Source of the DNA: Candidatus Cloacimonadota bacterium
GTDB lineage: Bacteria > Cloacimonadota > Cloacimonadia > JGIOTU-2
DNA length: 61,991 nucleotides
Direction of reading: 5' to 3'
NCBI GenBank assembly: GCA_034722995.1
Contig: JAYEOL010000032.1
Span: 1 to 61,991, forward strand
Part shown: piece after piece, positions 10,367-19,987 of the stretch
Layout: the number at the start of each line of letters is the position of its first letter
Position numbering within the stretch: the first letter of the stretch is position 1
The notes under the pieces: generated by a model
What the model saw: the letters and a program-made list of their open reading frames with translations, nothing else
Told to the model about the DNA's origin: nothing
The model's database searches: none
Made by a program: the position numbers and the translations under genes

Positions 10367-10490
10367 GAACATATACTTTAAAAATGTTAAGAAATGAATA
10401 AATCCTGATAAAATAGTATTAATAATATCTATGTTTATACACAAACTAACTAGAGTTGACAAAAAACTATAACCTCTAATAATCTTAGTG

Positions 10491-10508
10491 TCCCCGCGGA
10501 CGCGGGGA
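10491..10508 (-). terminator. hairpin downstream of the decarboxylase operon (possible terminator or REP)
   Basis: tccccgcg-ga-cgcgggga, an 8-bp GC stem 15 nt past the mmdB stop codon. There is no clean U-tract, so terminator function is uncertain. Confidence 0.3.
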
Positions 10509-10522
10509 TTGTTGCTAAATTT

Positions 10523-11641
10523 TCACTTCCCTAATATTCCCCAGAGCACGCCAGCAGCAACAGCAGAGCCAATAACTCCTGCCACATTGGGAGCCATTGC
10601 ATGCATCAAAAGATAGTTCTTCTTGTTGTATCTTTGCCCTTCATTTTGAACCACACGGGCAGAATCTGGCACTGCAGAGACCCCGGATGCACCAATCAAA
10701 GGATTGATTTTCTGTTTTAAAAATAGGTTCATAAGTTTTGCAAATAACACTCCTGTCGCAGTTGCAATACAAAATGACAAGGCGCCCAAAACAAAAATTT
10801 TTAATGCCTTATTAGTCAAGAACACATTTGCTTGAGTGCTGGCTCCTACTGCTATTCCGAGCAGTACAGTAACAACATCAATTATTGTATTTCTGGATAC
10901 ACTTGCCAATCTTTCAGTTACTCCACATTCCTTTAACAAATTTCCAAAAAACAGCATTCCTAAAAGTGCAACAGCTCTTGGTGCAATGCTGACTGTAATT
11001 AAGAAGGATATGATGGGAAAGATAATTTTTTCTTTCTTACTTACGATTCTTGGGGATTTCATTTGAATCACTTTTTCTCGTCTGGTAGTCAGTAATCCCA
11101 TAATTGGCGGTTGGATAATTGGCACTAATGCCATATATGAATAAGCAGCAATTGCAATGGGTCCCAGCAGATGTGGTGCTAATTGAGAAGACAGAAAAAT
11201 GGAAGTTGGACCGTCAGCCCCACCTATAATGCCGATAGAACCGGCTTCTGGCAAAGAGAATCCTAATAGTACCGCACCAACAAAAGTTGCAAATATCCCA
11301 AACTGTGCAGCAGCTCCTAATAAGATTAGCTTCGGATTGGCTATAAGTGTGCTAAAATCTGTCATTGCACCAATCCCTAAAAAAATCAAAGGAGGAAAAA
11401 TCCCTGTCTTTACCCCAAAGTAGATATAACTAAGAACTGAACCTTTATCATAAACACCACCAAAAGTTCCCGGCATATTACCTAAGATAATACCAAATCC
11501 AATTGGAATAAGAAGAAGAGGTTCATACTTTTTTACGATACCAAGTGTAATAAAGAATACTCCTATCGCAAGCATTATCGCATTTGTATAATGGAAATGT
11601 GCAAAAGCAGTGGTTTTGAAAAAACTAAATAACTCGGTCAT
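10523..11641 (-). CDS. mmdB: Na+-translocating decarboxylase beta subunit (OadB/MmdB/GcdB family)
   Basis: 372 aa polytopic membrane protein with the characteristic YEPLLLIPIGFG and GADGPT segments. Start overlaps the upstream biotin-carrier gene. Confidence 0.85.
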   Translation of the reverse strand: MTELFSFFKTTAFAHFHYTNAIMLAIGVFFITLGIVKKYEPLLLIPIGFGIILGNMPGTFGGVYDKGSVLSYIYFGVKTGIFPPLIFLGIGAMTDFSTLIANPKLILLGAAAQFGIFATFVGAVLLGFSLPEAGSIGIIGGADGPTSIFLSSQLAPHLLGPIAIAAYSYMALVPIIQPPIMGLLTTRREKVIQMKSPRIVSKKEKIIFPIISFLITVSIAPRAVALLGMLFFGNLLKECGVTERLASVSRNTIIDVVTVLLGIAVGASTQANVFLTNKALKIFVLGALSFCIATATGVLFAKLMNLFLKQKINPLIGASGVSAVPDSARVVQNEGQRYNKKNYLLMHAMAPNVAGVIGSAVAAGVLWGILGK

Positions 11642-12075
11642 TTGTTTTCCTTAATATCTACCAATACTTGATCTTCCAGAACAGATTCCCCCTTTTTAAT
11701 ATTTACCTTATTAATAATTCCATTTACAGTTGCAGCTATTTCCGACTCCATTTTCATTGCTTCAAGAATTACTACAACATCACCGGCAGAAATCTCATCA
11801 CCTTCTTTAACAAAGACATCAACAATAATACCTGGCAAAGGAGATTTAACCTGACCTGGTTTAATAAAAACTGAATCGCTTTTCCCACTAAGGGTTGGAG
11901 GTATTGTCAATACCTTTTTTGACCTTTCAAAATGCTCGGCAAGTTTTCCAAATTCAGACTCCATTTTAACTTTATAAATTATTCCATTTATCTCAATTTT
12001 AGCATTTATACCATCATACTCAACGACTCTGCCTTCAAATTTTTCACCATTGATTTCCAGCTTATAGGTTTTCAT
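11638..12075 (-). CDS. mmdC: biotin carboxyl carrier subunit of the decarboxylase
   Basis: Biotinyl-lysine motif VILEAMKMESEI within a lipoyl-like fold. Confidence 0.85.
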   Translation of the reverse strand: MKTYKLEINGEKFEGRVVEYDGINAKIEINGIIYKVKMESEFGKLAEHFERSKKVLTIPPTLSGKSDSVFIKPGQVKSPLPGIIVDVFVKEGDEISAGDVVVILEAMKMESEIAATVNGIINKVNIKKGESVLEDQVLVDIKENK

Positions 12076-12100
12076 AAATATTCCCGTTTATCAATTTAAG

Positions 12101-12685
12101 TTACTTTTTAAAGTATCTTGTTGGTCTGCTCTTTATATTTCTCCAATATACATAATTTGACATCAATAATTTTGATACTTGCTGCCATTGGCTTGCCTTT
12201 GTTCTCTTCATAGTTAGAAGCATTTTGCTCTGAGTCTCAACTTCATTCTCATATAAAAAGATTATTGTAATTGCTGCAGCCTTTATGTTATGGTCTATGG
12301 GCGGGGATGTAAGCTTTTTAGATATCTGAGAAATTGAAATAAGTTTTTTGGAGATAGATTTGGTTGACTTTTCAATTGGATTCTCTTTGGTTTTAAAATA
12401 ACCAAAAAGTTTTATTATTAATGCTATAATTGATAAACTTGCAAATACAATAATCATTCCAACCAGAACTATGTTAAAAACAAGTTGAGTATTTTTTTCT
12501 TTTGATTGAAATTTTTCAGACATCTTGTTTTCAAATGGGGGCTGGTTGGATTTTGTATCTAATTTTATAGATTCTGTTTGCTTTTCTGAGCCATACACAA
12601 AGTTTGTGCAAATCAGATTATCATACAAACTAAACAGATATAAAATAATTGCTATAAGCAGTAAAATATCAACAATTTTTTTCAT
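12101..12685 (-). CDS. OadG-like small membrane subunit with extended termini
   Basis: Central TM segment LVFNIVLVGMIIVFASLSIIALII and a later AAAITIIFLYENE segment resemble OadG/MmdD-type subunits. The true start may be internal (MSEKF...). Confidence 0.55.
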   Translation of the reverse strand: MKKIVDILLLIAIILYLFSLYDNLICTNFVYGSEKQTESIKLDTKSNQPPFENKMSEKFQSKEKNTQLVFNIVLVGMIIVFASLSIIALIIKLFGYFKTKENPIEKSTKSISKKLISISQISKKLTSPPIDHNIKAAAITIIFLYENEVETQSKMLLTMKRTKASQWQQVSKLLMSNYVYWRNIKSRPTRYFKK

Positions 12686-12691
12686 ATAGAA

Positions 12692-14242
12692 TTAAAGTGG
12701 GATATTACCATGTTTTTTGGGTGGGTTAGAATCTCTTTTGGAAGCAATCATTTCCATTGCTCTTATAAGTCGTGCTCTGGTTTTTGCAGGCTCAATAATA
12801 TCATCAATATAACCCTTTTGTGCAGCCTGATAAGGAGTAGCAAATTTTTCTCTATACTCCTCCTCTATTTTCTGTAAATATTTTTCTGCATTATCAGCTT
12901 TCTTTGCTTCTTTTCTGAATATAATCTCAACTGCACCTTTGGGACCCATAACCGCAATCTCTCCTGTTGGCCATGAATACATCAAATCAGCTCTTAAGTG
13001 ACGACTATTAAAAACACAATATGCGCCTCCATAAGCTTTTCTAACAATAACTGTAATTTTAGGAACTGTTGCCTCAGCAAATGCGTAAAGTATTTTAGCA
13101 CCTTCTTTAATAACTCCACCATGTTCTTGTTTTAAACCGGGAAGGAAGCCTGGCACATCTTCAAAACAAATTAATGGAATATTAAATGCATCGCAAAAGC
13201 GGATAAATCTTGCTCCTTTTTTTGATGCATTTATGTCCAAACAACCGGCTAAATACTTTGGTTGATTTGCAACAATGCCAATAGAATGTCCATTCAAATG
13301 TGCGAAACCAATAACAATGTTCGGGGCAAAGTACCTTGCAACTTCCAAAAACTCTCCATTATCAAAAACGCTTTTTATAATATCAATTATATCGTATGGC
13401 TTACTGGGGTCATCCGGAACAATACTATTTAAATTTTCACAATATCTATCAACCGGGTCAGAACAAACTTCAACAGGTGGGTCTTCAAGATTATTATTAG
13501 GAATGTACCTAAGAAGATTTCGTATTAACTTATATGTTTCCTCTTCACTTTCAGTAACAAAATGGCAAACACCACTTTTTTGTGCATGAACCATTGCACC
13601 GCCCAGCATTTCTGTACTTACATCCTCACTAGTAACTGTTTTTACTACTTTAGGTCCCGTAACAAACATATAACTATTCTTTTTATCCATTATGATAAAA
13701 TCGGTAATAGCTGGTGAATAGACAGCTCCGCCAGCACAAGGTCCTACGATAGCAGATATTTGTGGAACAACTCCTGAAGCCATCACATTCTTCAAAAATA
13801 TATCAGCATACCCTGCAAGTGAATCAACACCTTCCTGAATTCTTGCTCCTCCAGAATCATTAAGACCGATAATCGGAGCGCCCATTTTCATTGCCATACC
13901 CATAACTTTACAGATTTTCTCAGAGACCATTTTTGAAAGTGACCCTCCAATAATTGTGAAATCCTGTGCGAAAACATAAACCAAACGACCATCAATCGTT
14001 CCACATCCTGTAACAACACCATCACCAAGATATTTCTGCTTTTCCATTTCAAAATCTGTACAATGGTGTTGAACAAACATATCAAATTCTTCAAAACTGT
14101 CTGAATCAAGTAATAATTTGATTCTTTCCCGTGCTGTTAGTTTTCCTTTTTTGTGTTGGGCTACTATCCTTTTCTCTCCACCACCTAATAAAGCCTTAGC
14201 TCTCTTTGCTCTTAATGTTGCTAATCTTTCTGCTCTGTTCAT
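12692..14242 (-). CDS. mmdA: methylmalonyl-CoA decarboxylase carboxyltransferase (alpha) subunit / propionyl-CoA carboxylase beta-chain family
   Basis: A carboxyl transferase domain is recognisable throughout. The MNRAERL start at 14242 is preceded by GAGGA. The ORF-track start at 14254 is a TTG four codons upstream. Confidence 0.85.
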   Translation of the reverse strand: MNRAERLATLRAKRAKALLGGGEKRIVAQHKKGKLTARERIKLLLDSDSFEEFDMFVQHHCTDFEMEKQKYLGDGVVTGCGTIDGRLVYVFAQDFTIIGGSLSKMVSEKICKVMGMAMKMGAPIIGLNDSGGARIQEGVDSLAGYADIFLKNVMASGVVPQISAIVGPCAGGAVYSPAITDFIIMDKKNSYMFVTGPKVVKTVTSEDVSTEMLGGAMVHAQKSGVCHFVTESEEETYKLIRNLLRYIPNNNLEDPPVEVCSDPVDRYCENLNSIVPDDPSKPYDIIDIIKSVFDNGEFLEVARYFAPNIVIGFAHLNGHSIGIVANQPKYLAGCLDINASKKGARFIRFCDAFNIPLICFEDVPGFLPGLKQEHGGVIKEGAKILYAFAEATVPKITVIVRKAYGGAYCVFNSRHLRADLMYSWPTGEIAVMGPKGAVEIIFRKEAKKADNAEKYLQKIEEEYREKFATPYQAAQKGYIDDIIEPAKTRARLIRAMEMIASKRDSNPPKKHGNIPL

Positions 14243-14363
14243 TTTAATCCTCAAAATTAATATGAAAACATTTCATAAATTTTATGACTTTATAATTTTA
14301 ATAATAAAGTCTTTGTTTCTTGCAAAGAAATTTATAAACATTTTTTAAATCAAGAATTTCATC

Positions 14364-14581
14364 TAATTAGTGTCTATTTGTAAACTCGGATTTTTCGACT
14401 CGTAAGTTTACCCCGTAGGGAAGAATGACCCCAGTTGGATAAAAAAATCCAACGGGGTAAACCATATCGGGGGAACGACGAGTCGATATAAAGTGTGTAT
14501 TCAAGCCACCTTCCCGACTTGTCGGGATCGTCGCAAACTCCTTACAACTCGAAACAGCACTTTACTGACAGACACTAATTA
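14364..14581. repeat. nested palindromic element in the epimerase-mmdA spacer
   Basis: 12-bp outer stem taattagtgtct / agacactaatta. Inner stems are tcgactcgt / acgagtcga and gtttaccccgt / acggggtaaac. A competing hairpin ccccagttggat / atccaacgggg is also possible. Confidence 0.7.
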
Positions 14582-14766
14582 CCGTCTGTTTGTAAATGTA
14601 GAACGAGGTTCTTAGCCGGTTCTTCATAGTCCCGATGAAATCAGGATGAAGGGTGAACTCGTTTTCTTATGGCACATATAGAGCTTATTTACATTAACGA
14701 CCTTGGTCAGTCTGGCCAGTCTTGGCTAGGCCAAGCCTATACAGGCGCCCAGATGGAAAGGTCGTT

Positions 14767-15162
14767 CTACAGATATTGACACAGTTCAAGCAAGACGCCA
14801 TTCGTAGATTTTGGATGAACAAATGTCATTTTGACCCCATGAGCACCTTGTCTTGGAATCTTGTATATCAAATTGACTCTAGAACTTTCTAAAGATTCTA
14901 TCTTTTTCTCAATATCTTCAACTTCTATAGCCAAATGATGTATTCCTTGTCCATGTTTTTGAAGGAATTTTGAAATTGGACTATCTGTCCTGCTCGGTTC
15001 AAGTAACTCAATTCTGCTGTTTCCAATTTTCATAAACGCTACCCGCACCTTTTGAGAAGGAACTTCCTCAATATCTGAAACTGTAAAACCTAACTTTTTA
15101 TAAGTGTTTATTGCTTCGTCAAGATTTTTTACAGCGATGCCAACATGGTCAATTTTTTTCAT
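14767..15162 (-). CDS. mce: methylmalonyl-CoA epimerase (VOC/glyoxalase fold)
   Basis: 131 aa, [26 protein letters not shown]...GIHHLAIEV, located next to the decarboxylase cluster. Confidence 0.8.
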   Translation of the reverse strand: MKKIDHVGIAVKNLDEAINTYKKLGFTVSDIEEVPSQKVRVAFMKIGNSRIELLEPSRTDSPISKFLQKHGQGIHHLAIEVEDIEKKIESLESSRVNLIYKIPRQGAHGVKMTFVHPKSTNGVLLELCQYL

Positions 15163-15521
15163 TCTTTCTACCTCGTAGAAATTAACATCTTATTATTAAC
15201 TCAAGTTTCACAGAAGTGGGACTCAATGAATAAATCATATTTAACTGTAATGACTATACCTTTTAATCCGCAAGCTCCGATACCCCGATGTATCGGGGAT
15301 AAATCGGGTCTGGCGGATAAATTTATGTGAATTGGGGTGTTCGTCACGGAATGGTCCGTGGCGACTCTGTATGCGGCAAAAGGAGCCGTCAGGGACCACT
15401 CCCTGACGATAGCAGAAACATATCTTGAATATATATGTATAAAATTATTTTGCTGATTTAAAGGAATAACCATTTTAACTTTTTATAATATCTCATGCGA
15501 AGCTTGAGTAAGATTAATTTA

Positions 15522-16006
15522 ATTTCTAAATCCGAATTTCTAATGTCAAATAAAATGCCAAAACTTAAATATCAAAATTATTTTTTCTGCTTTGATTTAA
15601 TGATAATTGATGAGAAAATTAAATTAAGTTCAATAGCTTCTTTCCAATATATTTTTGCCTTATCTTTTAGCTGTAGAACTGCTTTTGCAATCACTCTAAA
15701 CCAATATTTTGATTCTTTTGATTCTTTTTTGCAAATTCCTATTTTATGCTCAAAATCCTTTTTTGATTCAGCACAATCAGCTTCGCAATAATTAGCACCA
15801 ACACTTGTACCCGCTTTAACTAATTGAGTAATTAGAGGTAGAATTATCGGTCCCCGATTAAATCGGGGATTGGGGATTTTTTTAGCGAATCCAATAATAT
15901 CCTCACCAAATTTTGCAGTTCTCTCCTTTAAATCGAATTTCTTTTTATTTGCCATTTGTCCACCAGATGGAGGATCACTTGATATTAGAAATTAGGATTT
16001 TGTAAT
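15522..16006. mobile_element. cassette carrying a four-helix-bundle gene, bounded by 23-nt inverted repeats
   Basis: atttctaaatccgaatttctaat (15522-15544) matches the reverse complement of attagaaattaggattttgtaat (15984-16006) at 20 of 23 positions. Confidence 0.5.
15578..15955 (-). CDS. four-helix-bundle protein (23S rRNA intervening-sequence protein family)
   Basis: FDLKERTAKFGEDII...QLVKAGTSVGANYCEADCAESKKDFEHKIGICKKESKESKYWF matches the family pattern (SxGANxxEA...SxKDF...KEaxEtxyW). Confidence 0.8.
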   Translation of the reverse strand: MANKKKFDLKERTAKFGEDIIGFAKKIPNPRFNRGPIILPLITQLVKAGTSVGANYCEADCAESKKDFEHKIGICKKESKESKYWFRVIAKAVLQLKDKAKIYWKEAIELNLIFSSIIIKSKQKK

Positions 16007-16156
16007 TTAGTTAACCAGTTTCGTAGACCTGAATATTACTGAATAAATTATAGTTACCTTTTTAATATCGCATACGAAATTTGAGTTATTAATTTATCAT
16101 AGTTTTATTTTCAACCTAATCTTTTGAAAAATCTGGTGTTTAATTGTTATACTTTT

Positions 16157-16696
16157 TTATGAGCCTAAATACTTCTCAGCAAGTTTAACGGCTAACCGAA
16201 CAGCCTTAAGATTCAATTGAACATATTTTGGTCTAATTCTTTTTTTCAAGGCTTTCTTAAGAGCATTTAGCGAAACAACATTAGTAATTTTACAGGTAAA
16301 TGCTAATACAATAATATTTGTAACAATTGCAGTTTTAAATTTTTTGATTGCCAATTCAGTAAATGGAATCCCAATAGCTTTGCCTTCAATAGGATTGATG
16401 CTGATTCGTGATGAATCGTAAATAAAAGTTCCTGTAGGTTTTAACTTATCTATAAACTTATCAGCAGCTTCTTGAGAAAGGCATAGCAGAATATCCAGAC
16501 TAACAGCTCTTGGGAAATAGATTATTTCATCACTTATAATAACATCAGCACGGCTTGAACCTCCTCTGGATTCAGGTCCATAGCTTTGGGATTGCAAAGC
16601 ATGTTTTCTATCCAGAATAGCTGCCTCGGCCAAAAGTATTCCACCAAGAATTAATCCCTGTCCCCCACTACCACTTAATCTAATTTGTGTTTTCAT
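16157..16696 (-). CDS. korG: 2-oxoacid:ferredoxin oxidoreductase gamma subunit
   Basis: IRLSGSGGQGLILGG...SYGPESRGG is the typical gamma-subunit signature. Confidence 0.85.
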   Translation of the reverse strand: MKTQIRLSGSGGQGLILGGILLAEAAILDRKHALQSQSYGPESRGGSSRADVIISDEIIYFPRAVSLDILLCLSQEAADKFIDKLKPTGTFIYDSSRISINPIEGKAIGIPFTELAIKKFKTAIVTNIIVLAFTCKITNVVSLNALKKALKKRIRPKYVQLNLKAVRLAVKLAEKYLGS

Positions 16697-16725
16697 TTTC
16701 GCTATTAAAATTTGCTTTTACTTCT

Positions 16726-17610
16726 TTAATTCGCCTTGCCAGTAACTTTCTTATTAATACTTTTGTTATTAGAAATATTTAATTCGCCGGCTAAGTGAGT
16801 TATCAATTTATCATACTCTTCAGTAAACTCTGGTTTATCAGTATCATAAAGAATTCCTCTGACAATTTTTCCTTTTATTTTTTCGGGGGAAAGTTTTGAA
16901 ACTGCACTTATTGGAATTGTATTATCTCGCTGCCATTTTAACATTTCAACTGCAGAACCAAAATTATTTAACTTTCCATATGATATTGGACATTGAGAAA
17001 TAACATCAACGATGGAACAACCTTTCTTTAGAATTGCCTTTTCAAAAATTTCTCTTGCCTCTGTTGTATGATATGCAGTAGTTCGTGCTACGAAACTTGC
17101 ACCGGCACTACGAGCCAGATCACAAAGATCAAAAGTCGGTTCAAGTGCACCATAGGGAGCTGTGGAAGCATATTTTCCCGAAGGCGTTGTCGGAGAACAT
17201 TGCCCACCTGTCATTCCATAAATATTATTATTGATAATGATTATTGTCAGGTTAATATTTCTTCTTGCAGCATGAATTAGATGATTCCCTCCAATGGCTG
17301 CAGCATCTCCATCTCCAGTAATAACTATTACATTCATCTCGGGTTTTGATAGTTTTATTCCAGTGGCAAATGCAATTGCTCTCCCATGCGTAGTATGAAG
17401 TGTATTAAAATCAACATATACTGGCATTCTGCTTGAGCATCCAATTCCAGAGACCATAGCAATATTATCCTTTTCAATTCCTAAATTGTAGATTGCTCGT
17501 AGAAGGTCACCAAGAATTGTTCCATTTCCACATCCTTGACACCAGACATGAGGAAACTTTTTACGATGTCTGAGATACTGATGAATAACTTTCTGCGGAA
17601 TATTTTTCAT
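16726..17610 (-). CDS. korB: 2-oxoacid:ferredoxin oxidoreductase beta subunit (TPP-binding)
   Basis: WCQGCGNG, GIGCSSR and GDGDAAAIGGNH motifs. Confidence 0.85.
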   Translation of the reverse strand: MKNIPQKVIHQYLRHRKKFPHVWCQGCGNGTILGDLLRAIYNLGIEKDNIAMVSGIGCSSRMPVYVDFNTLHTTHGRAIAFATGIKLSKPEMNVIVITGDGDAAAIGGNHLIHAARRNINLTIIIINNNIYGMTGGQCSPTTPSGKYASTAPYGALEPTFDLCDLARSAGASFVARTTAYHTTEAREIFEKAILKKGCSIVDVISQCPISYGKLNNFGSAVEMLKWQRDNTIPISAVSKLSPEKIKGKIVRGILYDTDKPEFTEEYDKLITHLAGELNISNNKSINKKVTGKAN

Positions 17611-18764
17611 TTAACCTCTGCAATTTTATCTAAAATTTCATCTGGTGTAATAATCAATCCATTATATTTTTGCAATTTAATAAACTTTGAATGGTGCTCG
17701 TATTTCGTAACCCTTTTAATTTCGTTAATTAGCTGTCCTTGATTCATCTCAGCAATAATAACAGCTTTAGTATTTTCTAACATCATTTCAACATCTAAGT
17801 CTGGAAAGGGCCAGATAGTAAGGGGTCTAATCAAACCCACTTTGATACCTTTTTCTCTTGCTTTTATAATAGCTTCTTTAGCTGAACGAGCAACAATACC
17901 TGCAGCAAAGATGGCTATCTCGGCGTCTTCCATTTCAAATGCCTCAATCTGAATAATATCATCAAGATTATCAGTTATTTTTTTTAATAGGCGGTTCATC
18001 ATTGCTTCAACTTCCCGGGGCACTTGAGTTGGGAAACCATTTTCATCATGAGCAAGTCCTGTAATATGAAAACGATAACCTTCACCAAAGTTTGCAAGAG
18101 GTGAAATATATTTTGGTTCATTTTTGTAATGCTTATACCATTCTGGAGGCACATTAGGTTTAATACGATTTATTATTCTTAATTTTTCTTTTGGAGGGAG
18201 GATAACAGATTCCCGCATGTGAGCTAAAACTTCATCCAATAAAAGAATTACAGGTGTGCGATACTTTTCAGCAAGATTAAATGCCCGGATAGTGAGCTCA
18301 TAACATTCCAGAACTGAATTAGGGTAAAGAGCAATTACAGGATGATCTCCATGTGTGCCCCATCGTGCTTGCATAATATCACCTTGAGCTGGGCTTGTAG
18401 GCAAACCTGTGCTCGGACCACCTCTCTGCACATTAACCACCACACAAGGAATTTCTGCAATCATACCATAACCAATATTCTCTTGCATAAGAGAGAAACC
18501 TGGTCCGCTGGTAGCAGTCATCGATTTCATCCCAGCAATACTTGCGCCAAGAATACAAGCCATACTTGCGAGTTCATCCTCCATCTGAATAAACTTGCCT
18601 CCATATTTAGGCAATTCTGCTGAAAGGATTTCTGCAATCTCGGTTGAGGGAGTAATGGGATATCCACCAAAGAACCGCATTCCAGCATCCAATGCTCCAA
18701 AAGCAACAGCTGCATTTCCTTGCATTAATACAGGCTTACTTTTTGGCTTTCTACCTTTTGACAT
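17607..18764 (-). CDS. korA: 2-oxoacid:ferredoxin oxidoreductase alpha subunit
   Basis: GYPITPSTEI and TATSGPGFSLM motifs. The MSKGRK start at 18764 is preceded by AGGAGA. The ORF-track start is at 18779. Confidence 0.85.
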   Translation of the reverse strand: MSKGRKPKSKPVLMQGNAAVAFGALDAGMRFFGGYPITPSTEIAEILSAELPKYGGKFIQMEDELASMACILGASIAGMKSMTATSGPGFSLMQENIGYGMIAEIPCVVVNVQRGGPSTGLPTSPAQGDIMQARWGTHGDHPVIALYPNSVLECYELTIRAFNLAEKYRTPVILLLDEVLAHMRESVILPPKEKLRIINRIKPNVPPEWYKHYKNEPKYISPLANFGEGYRFHITGLAHDENGFPTQVPREVEAMMNRLLKKITDNLDDIIQIEAFEMEDAEIAIFAAGIVARSAKEAIIKAREKGIKVGLIRPLTIWPFPDLDVEMMLENTKAVIIAEMNQGQLINEIKRVTKYEHHSKFIKLQKYNGLIITPDEILDKIAEVK

Positions 18765-19065
18765 TAGCTCTCCTCTCACCTTTAGCAGCTCCAGTTATTG
18801 CATAATCAGGACAAAGCATATCACATCTTTCACAATGAATACATTTTTCAGGATACTTCACATAAGGTGCTCCGTCTTCTCGGTTTGCCAATGTTCCAGT
18901 AGGACAAAAAGCAACGCAGATTCCACATTTCTTGCACCATTCATAATAAATAAAAACCGGGGATTCCTGAAAATCACCCGCATCATCTACCTTAGACTCT
19001 TTAACTTTCACTATTTCAAGAGTATCGCTCTCTTTAATAATCTTTCCTTGAGAATTCTTTTTCAT
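18751..19065 (-). CDS. korD: 2-oxoacid:ferredoxin oxidoreductase delta subunit (2x[4Fe-4S] ferredoxin)
   Basis: CKKCGICVAFCP and CIHCERCDMLCP. The probable start is MKKNSQ at 19065. Terminates with TAG and overlaps korA. Confidence 0.75.
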   Translation of the reverse strand: MKKNSQGKIIKESDTLEIVKVKESKVDDAGDFQESPVFIYYEWCKKCGICVAFCPTGTLANREDGAPYVKYPEKCIHCERCDMLCPDYAITGAAKGERRANVKR

Positions 19066-19341
19066 ATTGTCTTCTGCAGTGAGTAAAGAATAAATTGTCA
19101 AACAAAACAATTATTTTAATTTAAGAATAAAGATATTATATTATTTTTACAATTTTTAGTGTTGAAATGCTATCATATTAATTTTTTAAATACAGAAAGA
19201 AAACCCCTGCATTTAGTTTGTCCGGGGTCTATTTGCTTTTGGTTTATCAAATTTTAAGATATCAATATAACAGTTTGCGATTACCCGAAGTTGGCGACCA
19301 ACGGAAGCCAATTTGAGCGGAGCGAAGCCGGGTACTCGCTG

Positions 19342-19845
19342 TTATGTGATGTAATTGACATTCTTTATATAACTATCAATTAGTTTAATTTTTTTAAGAT
19401 CTTTTTTGTTATTTTTTTGAGATCGGTATGAATCATTTTTTGAAACTTCGTAAACCATCCGATATTGATTTAGATCTAATATTTTATAGTTTACGCCATT
19501 ATCAGAAACTATTTTTAATTTTTTGTGATCAACTTTTGCAAAAGAAAAAAGATCTTCTTCAAATGCTATACCAATTTTATTATTTAAGTAAATAAATTCA
19601 TGCTCTTTTTCATCGACTAATTGATAGTCAATTTTTGAAAGAGTTTTTTGTAATTCGCTCCAATCTGTAGTAATATATTTTTGAGGTACAAGAATGTCTA
19701 TATCTTTTGAATCCAAGTCTTTTTTGATAAGCCTTGATAATCCAAGCGAACCATACAGTACGGGGGTTATATCTAATTCGGTGTTTAAGCACTTAGCTAT
19801 TCTTAAAAACTCTTTATATTTATCCATATTATTTAAAAATGTCAA
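19342..19845 (-). CDS. hypothetical protein with a nucleotidyltransferase-fold signature
   Basis: 167 aa. YGSLGLSRL...SKDIDILV resembles the GS...DxD polymerase-beta-type NTase motif. Confidence 0.5.
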   Translation of the reverse strand: MTFLNNMDKYKEFLRIAKCLNTELDITPVLYGSLGLSRLIKKDLDSKDIDILVPQKYITTDWSELQKTLSKIDYQLVDEKEHEFIYLNNKIGIAFEEDLFSFAKVDHKKLKIVSDNGVNYKILDLNQYRMVYEVSKNDSYRSQKNNKKDLKKIKLIDSYIKNVNYIT

Positions 19846-19987
19846 TTATTTCACATAACTGCTTAATAATAGACACTTGATTCCCTCCCCGATTTAATCG
19901 GGGATCGCGGGAATGATAGCTAAATAGTGGTTTATTCTTTTCGCCTTCGCGGGAATGCCTCTACAATAAAGTGAACTCATTAATATG

